From assembly GCF_964355755.1 (NCBI RefSeq), contig NC_092671.1, positions 23,262,070 to 23,326,069 of the forward strand: a stretch of DNA of 64,000 nucleotides, given 5' to 3'. Position 1 is the first letter of the stretch, and every line of letters starts with the position of its first letter. A program made the position numbers and the translations under genes. Origin of the DNA: Antedon mediterranea (taxonomy: Eukaryota; Animalia; Echinodermata). The notes under the pieces were generated by a model that was not told where the DNA came from, made no database searches, and saw nothing but the letters and a program-made list of their open reading frames with translations. Of the stretch, positions 36,471 through 49,088 are shown in pieces.

Positions 36471-39400
36471 CAAATCTTGCATAAAGTAGTGTTACTTACA
36501 AATAATAATAATGAGCAAATTACAAGTGATAAAGACACTGCAAACCAATTTAATAAACATTTTTCTTCACTTTTTGAAAAACTTACTATATCTCCTACTA
36601 CTTTAACCGTAACATAAATACTACTGTAAATCTGAATACTTTTAAATTTGATATTCACCAGAATTTTTTTTTAATGGAATTAATACAATTTCTAACAACT
36701 AGATGGTATGCTCGCTTTCCCTCGCATACCATCAAGGGGTCCCCACAGATGGTTCTCTAATACAATAGAACCCACGGGGACAAACAAAAACGGGAGTGTC
36801 CCCTTAATTGGGGTATTCGTAAATAAAGACAAAGTAACAAATACTGGATACCATAAAGAACAATTAATTGATTTGGACTCAAGAAATTGAGGAGAAATGG
36901 AAATTTAACTACGGAGATTGGGCGGCACGGGGGGGTGGTGATGGAAACGCAGTAATAAAGTTGATTGTATTTATACAGTATAAGAACCACACTAAATAAA
37001 TACAGTAAGACATTCACCATTCGGAAACGCTAGCTCTTATTTATTAACAAATTAAACTGTAGTCTACTTCTTATTAAGCTAGGGATTATTAGACAGTTTG
37101 CTAAATATTTAGGGCTAATCATCGGTTGCGATGTTAAAATTCCTGGAAACATTTGTGTGAACAAAACTAATTTCTGTCAATGGTCATGAGTACAGTAGAA
37201 GAACCTTCATTTATGTACAGTACAGGACCAAAAGGCATACGTAAAACATATAATCTGGAAGCCCATGAATATTTGTTTAGCATTGCGAGTACAAAAGGTC
37301 TCAGGCATGGAATATGTCAAGTGGGGTCCTCGGACCATCAAACAGCCGTTTGATGGTCCCTGTACCAACTCTAGGGAGGGGCGCTCAAAATCTCCAAAAA
37401 TTTGATTTAATTAGCATAATCGAGTACATAAATGAAACCAATGTTAAAATGTTTATTTTTAGGGTTTAATTGAAGATCCATCATTCTTAAATGTCAACTC
37501 CTGTACCTAGTCCGCTTAAGAAAGCCGCTAATTAGCATTTTAATTAGCATTTTAATTAGCATGGACGAGTACATCGATGAAACTGAGAAAACGTAATTCT
37601 TAAGTGCCAAATCCAGTACCATGACCCCTTAAGAAAGGGTCAAAGGTCAATATATGGCCCACCTAGACTTAATTAACATAATGAGTACACATGTGAAACC
37701 AATGCAAAATTCTTTCTTTTAAGTGTCAACTCCTGTACCTAGTCCACTTAAGAAAGCGATTAATTACCGCTAATTAACATTTTAATTAGCATAATCGAGT
37801 ACATCAATATAACCTTCGGCAATACAATAAGTACGTTTACCCAACCGAGAAAACGTAATTCTTAAGTGCCAAATCCTGTACCATGACCCCTTAAGAAAGG
37901 TCAAAGGTCTGTTTCTGTTGCAAACAAACTTGATTATACATACTGTACTTAGTAGCCCTAAACTTTTGAAGAAAATTATAAAAAATTTATTTTCAGTGTC
38001 TAACACAGATTTGTCTTCCTTAAATGGCAACTTCTGTCAACCTATTTCACTCAAGAAAGCTGCTAATTAGCATATTAATTAGCATGACATGCTATAAACT
38101 TAGGATATAGACTTACTTAGCATTAACGCCTCATAAAGATAAAGATTCTAAGTTGTGCTTTTAAAAGGAGTAGATAGAGACCATTTCGAAAACGTATATT
38201 AAAATCAGTAGTATTCTGTTAAGAAAAAAAAAATCCAGTACGTATCAATCCTGGCAAATGAAATGATAAGTATGTCTAAATAGTGTCAAATTATGAATTT
38301 TAGTAAAAGTTTAATACACAAATCACATGCAAACTAATCAGAAGAGACTGTAATACCCCAATTAAGGAACTGGTAATTATTGTTTTAAGAGAGCCAGTCA
38401 CTAAAAATCAAACATTAGGTGGCAAGGGTCAAAATTTCGAATTGGCTCATATTTTCCACATTGGTAGACCTTGATGTAAGTAAACCTGATGTGTAGTTTG
38501 TTTGGTAAAATATCGCTTAGTTTTCGAGAAAATCGAAAAATAACGATTTTCGGCCATTTTTGTTAATTTTTGGTGTATAATTTACATTAAGTTTAACAGC
38601 CTCTGGAAGCCAAACGTAGCAACCTAGCGTTTTAATATTTTAGACTTACATTAACTAGCATCTTGACAATAATTTAATAAAGTTTCAAAAAATTTGATGA
38701 AATTCTAAGATTTTTATTAATTAATTACTAATTAGCATATATAAAACTCTTAAAAAGTAGGGCAAAAACAAACAAGTTTTTTTTCATGTGCGACAAATTT
38801 TTTTTAAATAAAAAAATCATCAATTTGAAGTATAGATACTAATATTTTTTAATCAAGTAAAACAAAATTGGGGAAACCATTATGCGCTCCGCGCCAGAGC
38901 CACAAAGTTGTAAAGAATTCAAAGATTTTATCTGTCGGCAAGATCAATTAAATCTACCTATTGTTTTCTATTTAGGAATCTAAGTCACTTTGAGCCAAAC
39001 TTTTATTATGAGAAACAAACTTGAAAGATAAACTGAAAGTTCCTGGAATAATTTTGAATTAAGTTGCAATTTAAACACAAACTAAAATACGTTTCTTGTA
39101 AAATTTCAATTACTAACCAATATACGAAATTAAGCAATTAACTAAAAATCACTCGCTTATGCTTTGTCAAACCATATTATTATAAATCATTCCATCCTCT
39201 CGTAGTTTATAGCATAAAACTTAAAAACACATTTGTTTTAACTTGTTATTGTTTTCCTGTTTTTCGAACCTGGTCGAACATACTCAACGAGAATGTTTCA
39301 AAACATTAACCACAGTAGACAAAACCCTTTACTGCGTATATTCCATAGACAACGATATCTTCATTGACGTTGACAACGGAACAGATTTGTTATCCATTTT

Positions 39401-39811
39401 AGTTCATGTCTTACAAGGTAAAAAAAACGTGTTGAAAATAATTACCTCCGCCAAGGAGGTTATGTTTTCACCCCTGTATGTTTGTGTGTGTGGGTGTGTG
39501 TGTGGGTGTGGGTGTGTTTGTGTGTGTGTCTGTGAACAGCCTGGAGGCCACAGTTTTTATCCGATTCTAACCAAATTTGGACACAATGATCTATGCCCAA
39601 AAAGCTCGGACGAGTTCGAATTTGAGGGGGAAAGGTCATAGGTCAAGGTCACAACTAACAAAAAACTATTTTACTGCCTAGAGACCACAGTTTTGATCCG
39701 ATTCTCACCAAACTTAGCCACAATGATCAATGACACATCATATAATTGTGGTTAAATTTTGAAGGGTCAGGGTCAAAGATCAAGGTCCACAAAAAAAAAA
39801 AAATAAATAAA

Positions 39812-40875
39812 ATTAACTTTGCTAATTAATACTGATATTATAGAACGAGTAAATCAAACAAAGTTTCTTGGTGTTTATCTAGATGAGAAATTATCATTTG
39901 CATATCATATAAATTCAATCGCAAAGAAAGTTTCAACAGCTATAGGCACCATGAATAAAATAAAATGCGTACTCCCATACGAAATCCTATTAAAAATATA
40001 CAACTCTCTCATATTACCTAACCTAACATATGCCATAACACTATGGGGATCTACTAATCAAACTATTTTAAATCGTCTTTATATTTTACAAAAGAAAGCA
40101 CTTAGAATTGTTTGCAACGTTCCTTTTCATCATCCTTCTCTACCACTCTTTGCCCGCACAAAAACATTAAAATTATCTGAGCTGTACCAAAAAAGTGTTG
40201 CGATATTCATGTTTAAGTTTCATCACAAGAAGTTGCCTATTACTTTTGATTCTTTCTTTGCTACAAACAATTCCAAACATAATTATGAGACAAGGGCTAA
40301 AGACAATTTAAGCACTGCTTTCAAAAGGACCCTATTGGGCCAACAAAGTGTCACATACAGAGGCACTAATGTGTGGAACTCACTACCCAATGACATTAAA
40401 ATGTCAACCAGTATTGGTATGTTCAAACATAAAATTCATGATATGTTTGTCACCAGTTATCTTTAATTTTAAGCTACTGGTTAATTCATTTTCTCTCGAC
40501 ATTTGATTTGTTATTATCACTGCATTATTTCCATTGTTTGTATTTTTATTGTTACAATTAATATGGTACATTATACTGTTTTTATCTATTTATTTATTTA
40601 ATTATTTATCTATTTCAATTTCAATTTTGTTTGTTTTGTTTTGTTTTTTTCTCGTTTTGATCCCAAAAAATACTGGGGTAATAATGCTTGTAAAGCGCCT
40701 TTGAGCATGATTACTCATGAAAAGGGCGCTATATAAATCTGGTATTATTATTATTATTATAAGGGGCTTTGCGTCTAAAGCATTAGCTTACAGCTTAACC
40801 CCGTTCACAACCTCAATTAATTTTGCATGTACTTTGTATTATCTGAGATTGTGAATAAAGTTATATATATTGAAA
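39812..40875 (+). mobile_element. 5'-truncated CR1/L2-group LINE (RT C-terminus, ORF 39819-40466)
   Basis: KFLGVYLDEKLSF..HI, IYNSLILPNLTYAITLWG and LQKKALRIV motifs; AATAAA near 40855. Confidence 0.85.
40688..40760 (+). mobile_element. L2/SINE-type 3' tail fragment
   Basis: TGTAAAGCGCCTTTGAG...GGCGCTATATAAAT followed by (ATT)n. Confidence 0.6.
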
Positions 40876-41125
40876 AATAAAAAAATAATAAAAAAAAAAA
40901 CCCTCAATGGGACTTGAACCAGCGATCTCAACTGTGAGAGGCTGGACACATAACCATTACACCACACTGTCATCCACAACTTTGTAGTGTGCAGTTAACA
41001 TATTTACACTTAGAACTAATAAAAAAAAATGTTAAAAAAAAATATTCAGGGGGCATTTTATGTAGGGGAATTTTACAGTAGGCGGAGGTTTGTACTCTCT
41101 AGTTCTTATATATAATTACTGTCTG

Positions 41126-42646
41126 ATGGCTTTAAGTTCAAACAACATGGAGATTTCATGTTCTTTTAAATCGGTTGTTGGCGGAGCTTGTGGATTCGAT
41201 AGAAAAGACCGCAAACAGAGCACTGAAGTCCTACCTTTACAAGCATGCCAGAAGGAAATCGCTGCACACAGATCCATGTTTAGGTTTACGGGCATCGATA
41301 GTGAGGTAGACCTAATTCTTAGTCGAGCAGCCATATTTAAGATCCATTAACCAAGACTCTGCACGACATGATATTTTAGGAGATTTGAATCCTGGTTGTG
41401 CCCTAATTGTTTTAGACTGGGCGATGAAGTTTGTACCACGTAAATACCGTAAAAGCTAAAGAGACTGGTTTGGAAAGCGTGGACTTCCGTGGTACATAAC
41501 AGTCTTGACGAAAAAGAATAAAGATAGAGAGGTACAGATGCTTACGTTTATGCATATATTTCAATCTTGCAGTCAAGATAGTACTACTGTTGTGGCAATC
41601 ATCGACGATGTGTTGAGGCAGCTTCCATCTATTGCACCCTAGATAATGCAGGGTGCTACCACTCTGCCCTAACATTACTCTCGTTACCAAAGATAGAAGA
41701 AGATGAAGATCACAATCCGACGTATTGATTTTTCGGACCATCAAAGGGGGAAGGGTGCATGTGACCGCAAGGCAGCCAGTATAAAAAATCACATGAATAA
41801 ATATCTTAATTCAGGAAAAGATATTGAAAATCCAGAGCAGATGAAGGCAGCAATTGAGTCCTTTGGAGGCATTCCTGGAGTGAAAGTCATAGTTTGTGCT
41901 TTACCTACTGGTACTATTTTTGCAGCAGGGAAATGGAAAGGCGTGAGTCACATCAACAACATAGAGTATGGAAGCAGGTCCATGAAGGTGTGGATGGTGT
42001 ATGGTATTGGTGCAGGACAAAATCTACTTTTGAGTAAATTCTGTGTTCCTTCGAAACTACCCAATTTAATTAATAACAAGGATACAACGTCTGATCAAAA
42101 TCAAGTATCATTTATTACAGTAAAAGCAAGAATACAAGCCAAGACATCTCATGAAGAACAAGCTGATATAAATGACGACGACAAAATAGAAAGTAAAGTC
42201 CTGGCACCCCCAGCAAACTGTTCTTTTGTCGCGAACAAGGTTGCATTAGGTCGTATCAGAGTTACTCTTCCCTAGAAAAACACTTCAGACCGGACAGAAA
42301 GCTGATCCATGTGATGTCTCACGAGAGATGAGATCGGCCAGACACATTATTTAGCAAGAGTGAATTTTTAACAGCACAGCAGATTGCAAGTTTTTTCTCA
42401 CGCTTGGCTAAAAAAAGGACAGATGCAGCCGTTCATGATGACGATGACGAAGATGATGATTACGATAGTAATGAAGATGACGTTAGTAATGAAGATGGTG
42501 ACGAAGTCGAAGAAATGGAGACGATTCAAAAACGGAAAAAGAAAGAGAAATTCAACTTTTGTCGCAAACCGTACTGGACACACTGGTTTCCACGTGCAGT
42601 TGCTCGATTGATTAAGGTAGCAACGAAGGTAAAACTGTGTCTGTGA
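41126..42646 (+). pseudogene. Sola3 transposase pseudogene
   Basis: DWAMKFVPRKYR..DWFGKRG, DNAGCYH and DFSDHQRGKGACDRKAASIK motifs, with stops, frameshifts and deletions. Confidence 0.8.
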
Positions 42647-42710
42647 GAATTCTTTAAAATAACAATAACAATGGTAAAACAATAATGTATTGTTTAGGCT
42701 ACGAATTATT

Positions 42711-43100
42711 AGGACATTTCGCACGAGAACGTAAACGTTAACGGATGACGTCAACATTCTACTCATTTGCATAACAACGGAGTTCAGCAAACAGTTGCGT
42801 TAACGTACTTGCTCGTTTTGATTTCGCGCTTCGACGGGAAGTGTAGCGCACGCAATATACGCCACTCTTATTAAAACAAATCATGGAATACCTTGGGTTT
42901 AGAGACAGCCTAGGCATGTTTAATCATGTTTCGGTTAACGTTTTTCTTTGACGCTATTTTTCAGAAATAAGGTTCTCGACGCACGTAACTAAAGTTTTTC
43001 GTAATCCTTGCGCACGCACAGATCAAGTTGTTTACAAAGTGGGCGGAGCTTGGAAAATAGCGTTAAGGTTAACGTTTACGTGCCCGTGCGAAAACTCCCT
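42711..43100. mobile_element. ISL2EU/Harbinger-like MITE inside the Sola3 element
   Basis: Imperfect ~32-bp TIR AGG..TTTCGCACG..ACGTAAACGTTAAC. Confidence 0.65.
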
Positions 43101-43439
43101 ATATGAGAAGATAAGAAATTATGTTGTAAAGCCTGTTTTCTCGAAAACTAAGCGATATTTTACCAAACAAACTACATATCTGTTTTCCTTACATTAAGGT
43201 CTACCAATGTACAAAATATGAGCCAATTCGAAATTTTGACCCTTGCCACTAAATTACGAATATGTCTGATTTTTGGTGACAAGCACTCTTAAGCTTTTCC
43301 AATGGATTGTTTGATGATTTTCAAAGATCTTCAATCTAGGTTTGTTTAATGTCAACTTGGTGTTTTACTTCTTGGCTCCCCGGCTTGGCTCCTTACATGA
43401 TAGTGATATTTTCTTTAGTTAGCTCCTCAAAAGCTTTTT

Positions 43440-43700
43440 GGGCCTATTTGTCAACATGGCAAACGCGGATCTGGCCTTTCCTTTACGAAGAAATGAACTG
43501 GAATAGTCACACCAAGGCATGGAATCATGGTAGCGTGACACACATCTGATGTCAAAGTAACTCGTACATTGGTGGTGCTGATGTATCTACAGATTTTCTT
43601 CCAACATCTAACCACACTGATACAGCAGGATGACTGCAATATCAGTACCTGATGCTCCTTTTCACTCTTTACATCACTGATGTTCACCACTCCTCAACAT
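43440..43700 (-). pseudogene. Academ XPG-domain remnant
   Basis: Frameshifted ASGTDIAVILL and LP*FHAL..CDYSSSFLRKGK motifs, homologous to SPDTDV and HVFTGCD..FKGK in the 23-kb copy. Confidence 0.65.
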
Positions 43701-44035
43701 TAATTTTTTGTTACGCTGATGCATACCACTGAAAACATTCAAACTGTTTTGACACACAGAGTTATAATAATGATGTGTCCATACTTAAAACATTATTAAA
43801 AACCATGAAATCCTATTAGTTAGATCAATTAAATTTCATTGGGTTATCATTAATAACAGCCTCTCATCATGGAAACTCTCTAAGAAAATGAGAACAAAGT
43901 GTCTCTCCTCTATAGTATTCTCAAAACCCATTATCCTTAACTCATCCTTATTAATACGCGGAATAGGTAGGCCTACAAGTGATGGATCTTTAGCTGTCTC
44001 TAAATATAAACATTTTAGCATTGGTTTCACATTCA

Positions 44036-45569
44036 CGGTCTAGCCATTTTGACACCCGGTCTTTTGCCACCCCGCCTTTTGCCGCCCGGCACATTGCCAC
44101 CCCGCCTTTTACCACTTGGCCTTTAGCCACCCAGTCTTTTGCAGCCCGCAAAATTCACCTCGGCATTCGGCAATGCCGAGGTAAATGCCGAGGTCCTGCT
44201 AGCTTACCACGGCATTGATTTGCCGAGGCTCATTAAATTTATTTAGGCCTTGGATTGGAGTAAAACCAAGGCTACCACATACACAGCAAATAAATAGTTT
44301 TACAGTTTTTCAAATTTACCTTCGTTAATACAAGTGAATTAAATATATCTTAAAATATTTGTACGTCTGAGTTATTATTAGGCCTAGGCCTACACTGGTT
44401 TTATTTTACACACAAGATAGGGCTTCGCCGTTTACAACAACAACGAACGTAACCACGCTCAGCTAGCTCTCTCTATCGTCGCGTGTGATGTGAGTTTAGT
44501 GAGGCATGACAAATCACCTGACTTACTGTTACTTGGTAGATTCCGGTTTTTCTGCTGTGATCATTTTATTTCTTAAGAAGTCATACTACAATTGTTGATT
44601 ACTTTTATCAATTTTTATAGGAACATGTAGCGTTTGAAGTTGTAATATGAATTAACAGTCAATAAATATTTAAAACATTATAGTTGTATTGTCAGTTTAT
44701 TTCTTATTATTATGGTGTCCTGCTGAGAGAATGGAAGAGTCCAACTTGTATTGGGGATTGAAAACCACGTGATATTATTTAGAGAGCAAGCCGCGCCGCG
44801 CCGCAAATGCGCTGTACATTATCAACACAGCTATTTTTAGGTACAGTACAGTTAATGTGTGTGTGATTGAATACTAAAAATAGCTTTGGGGGCTGAACAA
44901 AACAAATGCCGACGTGTTGCCGAGGTGGGCTTCGTTTACGTCGGCATTTTTTTGCCAAGGTCATTTCGCCCCAATTTCGAGGGCTGCTTTTGCCACCCGT
45001 CCGCATGTGGTACATTGCCACCTTAGGCCTTTTGCCACCTTGGCCCTGCCACCTAGCCAATTGCCACTACCGGCTATTTGACACCCGGCCTGTTGCCACC
45101 CGGCTATATTCTCATCCAGTGGAAATGCTACTGATTAATGTTAATTAAACAGTTGTTTTTACGAATTATTTTGTGACAGTCAATTGAAGATTCTGTTTAT
45201 CATAGCCTTTGTCCTAATAAAATCACTAACAAAATTGTATTACATTTATTTAGATAATACAAATTAAGTGGTAAACAAGGTGGGCTACTATTTGGGCTAC
45301 AATTATTGGAAAACTTTAAACATCTGGGTCTATACCATAGAAAAGCAATTTATTAATTAAAATGATTTACACATTTCAATCTTGAATTGAGACACCGGCG
45401 TTCATTTCAATTTAATTGCAGGCCTAATTAAGAAGTGAAAATGACACTCTCAGATCAGGAGGCAAAAGGCCATGTGACAAAATGGACAGGGTGGTAATTG
45501 GCCGGGTGGAAATAGGCAGGTGTCGAAAAGCCGGGTGGCTATAAGCCAGGTGACAACGGGCCGGAACCC
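44036..45569. mobile_element. Mutator-like non-autonomous element with TTTTGCCACC subterminal repeats
   Basis: Tandem ~15-bp units at 44045-44150 and 44985-45110, inverted at 45465-45569. It interrupts the GGTTTCACAT..TGTACTC unit of the Academ arm. Confidence 0.5.
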
Positions 45570-46850
45570 ATGTACTCACTATGCTAATTTAAGTTCAGGC
45601 GGGACATACATTGACCTTTGACCCTTTCTTAAGGGGTCATGGTACAGGATTTGGCACTTTAAGTTTTCTCAGTTGGTTAAATGTACTTATTGTACTTTCT
45701 AAGGTTTCATCAATCAACTTTCTTAAGCAGATCAAGTTAATACTTAAGAATGATATATTATTATATATTCAATTAGACTCTAAAAATAAACATTTTAGCA
45801 TTGGTTTCACATGTGTACTCATTATGTTAATTAAGTCTAGGTGGGACATATATTGACCTTTGACCTCCTTAAGGGGTCATGGTACAGGATTTGGCACTTA
45901 AGAATTACGTTTTCTCGGTTGGCTAAACGTACTTATTGTATTGCCAAAGATTATATTGATGTACTCGATTATGCTAATTAAATTGTTAATTAGCGGTAAT
46001 TAATGGCTTTAAAGTGGACTAGGTACAGGAGTTGACACTTAAGAATGACGGATCTTCAATTTTTATTATGAAATGTTTGTATGGTCGAATTGATCTTAAT
46101 ATTCATGATTTTGTTCCAAGATATTCCGAATCAGTTATTTTTAAACACAAATATGCCAGAACCAATTCTTTTAAATATTCATTGTGCACTAATTTTCCCC
46201 GTGTATAGCAAGAGATTCCTAAATATTGTTATATTAGAGAACATTCTTTATTTAGTTTTAACACATTTGTGACAGCTCTCCGGTCTTATGTCAGGCAACT
46301 TTAAACTTTTTATTTTTTTATCTTTAAACAATCATTTTTATCTGTACATAATATTTATATACTGTATATATATTTTTTAGATTCAATTTTAATGATTGTT
46401 CAATTTGATGCCTCGCAACTTTTTAAATTTTTATATCTTTGTATTTTGATTTTTCAAGTGTGCAGTATATGGAGAGCCATCTCGATAGTGCTTTGCACTC
46501 ATGGCAATCCCCAGGGTACTGCACCGCTGTCTTGTTGTCATGTATTTTTGTGCCTGAACATTGAATAAAATAAAAAATATAATTAGACTCTAAAAATAAA
46601 CATTTTTGCATTGGTTTCACATGTGTACTCATTATGTTAATTAAGTCTAGGTGGGACATATATTGACCTTTGACCTTTCTTAAGGGGTCATGGTACAGGA
46701 TTTGTAACTTAAGAATTACGTTTTCTGAGTTGGGTAAACGTACTTATTGTATTGCCGAAGATTATATTGATGTACTCGACCATGCTAATTACAATGCTAA
46801 TTAGCGGCTTTCTTAAGCGGACTACTGTAGGTACAGGAGTTGACACTTAA

Positions 46851-47476
46851 AGCCCCATTCCCTACGTTTTTTAGATCTAATTTAAGATCACAAACTATAT
46901 TTAATGTAAAAATAATACTATATGGTCCTATTGCGATAACTTTTTTCGTCTTTAAACGGTTAAAAATGTGAAAAATAAGTCGATTTTAATAATTATAGCG
47001 GCCCGCTATAAATCCCAAAATGCATTGCGCGCGGATTGATATTTTTGTTTTTCACCTGTAATTCGCCCACTTTTCGATCGATCGTGAGGCCAAAACAAAT
47101 GGAAGACTCCTAACTTTTCAGCGAAAATACCGGGTTTTCCCCAATTTGTATCAACGGAGTCTGGCAAAAATAGAAAGACAATTAATGCAGCAACTATACA
47201 ACGTCAGGCTAGGTATATAGCTAGCGTACGATGTTCGTACGTTACCTATGTTTACCAGCTAGGCCTACAAAACTAAGCCTAGCCAGGATAGGCCTAAGAC
47301 CGTCCACGAGAGGTCGATCGCCGCGAGCTACTTAGGTAGTGCATTGTTTCTCACTTTTTATCATAATTTACCATAAAACGTACATTTAAGACAAGGAATG
47401 ACATGGTTTAATGTTTTTAAAGTGATATATATGTATTATTTTCCAAAAAACGTCCAAAATTGCAGGGAAGGGGTCT
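46851..47476 (-). mobile_element. Kolobok-like MITE, copy 3 (inverted)
   Basis: TTAA TSDs. The empty site GTTGACACTTAAGAATGACGG is intact in the paralogous repeat unit at about 46030-46050. Confidence 0.9.
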
Positions 47477-49088
47477 TTAAGAATGACGGATCTTCAATTA
47501 GACCCTAAAAATAAACATTTTAACATTGGTTTAATTTATGTACTCGATTATGCTAATTAAATCAAATTTTAGAGGATTTTGAGCGCCCCTCCTTAGAGTT
47601 GGTACAGGGGCAGGAACTTAAGAACGGCCGTTTGATGGTCCCAGGACCCCACTTGACATATTCCATGCCTCAGACCTTTTGTACTCGCAATGCTAAACAA
47701 ATCTTCATGGGCTCACGGACTAATAGGATTCGTAAAATTAAATTTACTTTACTTTACAGTACTGTACTTTACCTAGACTAATCTAGACCAGGCTAGTAGG
47801 GCTAGCAAGATGTGAGGCCTAACTAAAAAGTACAGTATATACAGCCTGTTTAAATAAAGTGTTATAAATAAAATATCAATGTTCTTATATTTTCAATAAA
47901 AACAGTTGCTGCTGTAAGGGGAATGCACATGTGTAGCTTGTCTCACACAGCAGAGTTGCTCACACAGCCATGGCTAAGTTGGTTTTGTGCTTTGTTGTTA
48001 AATTGCGCCCTCAATGTAAGAAAATGATGACATCATCAGTAATTTAAAGCTTACGTAAAATCAAGGTACGTAAAACAAAAGTTCTACTGTACTGATTTGT
48101 TGGGCAGTGATTTATGACACCTAAGGGATCTATCTACAGTAGACTTATTTTTTCGAATACACTTAATTTTTTTTTTATTTTTTTTTTTTATCAGATACAC
48201 TTGTATATTATATCTTGTGTCGTATAACAAATAAGTACTGTAATAGTTACTAAAGTTACTATTACAACCTCATCAATAAATACACAAATATGTTTATTCA
48301 CTTATTGATACAAAGGCATAATATAAAGTTTCGTTTGTCTGTAAAATGATGTAAGTAATCAAGCTGTAATAACAGGAGTAATTAAAAACCAAATTATACT
48401 ACGAATCATGTTTATGTTATGTTGTGTGCTGTTATGTTTTCCCCATTGACATCCATTGGAGTTGAGCTGTATAGGGAGAAAAAGTGATGACGTCACGTTA
48501 CTGATTGCGCTGGGTCAAAATAAAGTTCGGTCGGCCATCTTGTCCTATTCGAACGCATTGATTTAACACTGCTTTTTCGTACATCCCGATAAATTTCGTA
48601 TTTACATAATTTAGAGTTGTTCATCTTGCTTTATTTATTGAATATTTTGCTGATAATATATCGTATGTTCACTTTCAGTTTATAATCGCAATGTTCAAAA
48701 AATAGCATTTTAAATTTCGTGTAACACACACTTTTTAGGCCTCTTTCGTTGGCGGCGAGTATATACTAGCAGTATTTCTGCGTTTGTTGTGGAAATGTGC
48801 AAATCAATATAATTTCTAACTTTCAGTTTACTATTTATTTATTTATAATGTATTGCTTAGTAAAGTTTGAGTTTCTAATATGGTAGGTAAAATGTTGAAT
48901 TTTACTAGTTTTGATGCATAAGCTAGGCCAGATATGGGTCATATTGATCGGCAAAATGTCGACGCTATAGGCAGCTAAGAACGACCGCACACGGCTATTT
49001 CTTGCTTATATATACTGTATGTTTAGTAGTTAGATAGTTACCTTTTTGTAAATGTATGTGTACTAACGTAAATTACTTTGTCTTTGAA

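Larger units (their letters stand above)
39440..41104 (+). mobile_element. Helentron/DINE-1-like element, copy 2, with a nested LINE
   Basis: Nearly identical to 29530-30127 apart from a ~1.06-kb insertion in the A-rich tract and a collapsed 3' hairpin. Confidence 0.85.
38389..43288 (+). mobile_element. Sola3 DNA transposon (deleted, with nested inserts)
   Basis: TTAA TSDs, GAG..CTC termini, ~150-bp TIRs (GGCAAGGGTCAAAATTTCGAATTGGCTCATATTTT) and transposase remnants. Confidence 0.85.
37251..47722 (-). mobile_element. Large Academ-like element with long, internally repeated TIRs
   Basis: 37251-38090 is the inverted counterpart of about 45570-47722. Ends are TAATCTGGAAGCCCATG / CATGGGCTCACGGACTA with an ATA TSD. 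An internal XPG remnant is present. Confidence 0.75.
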
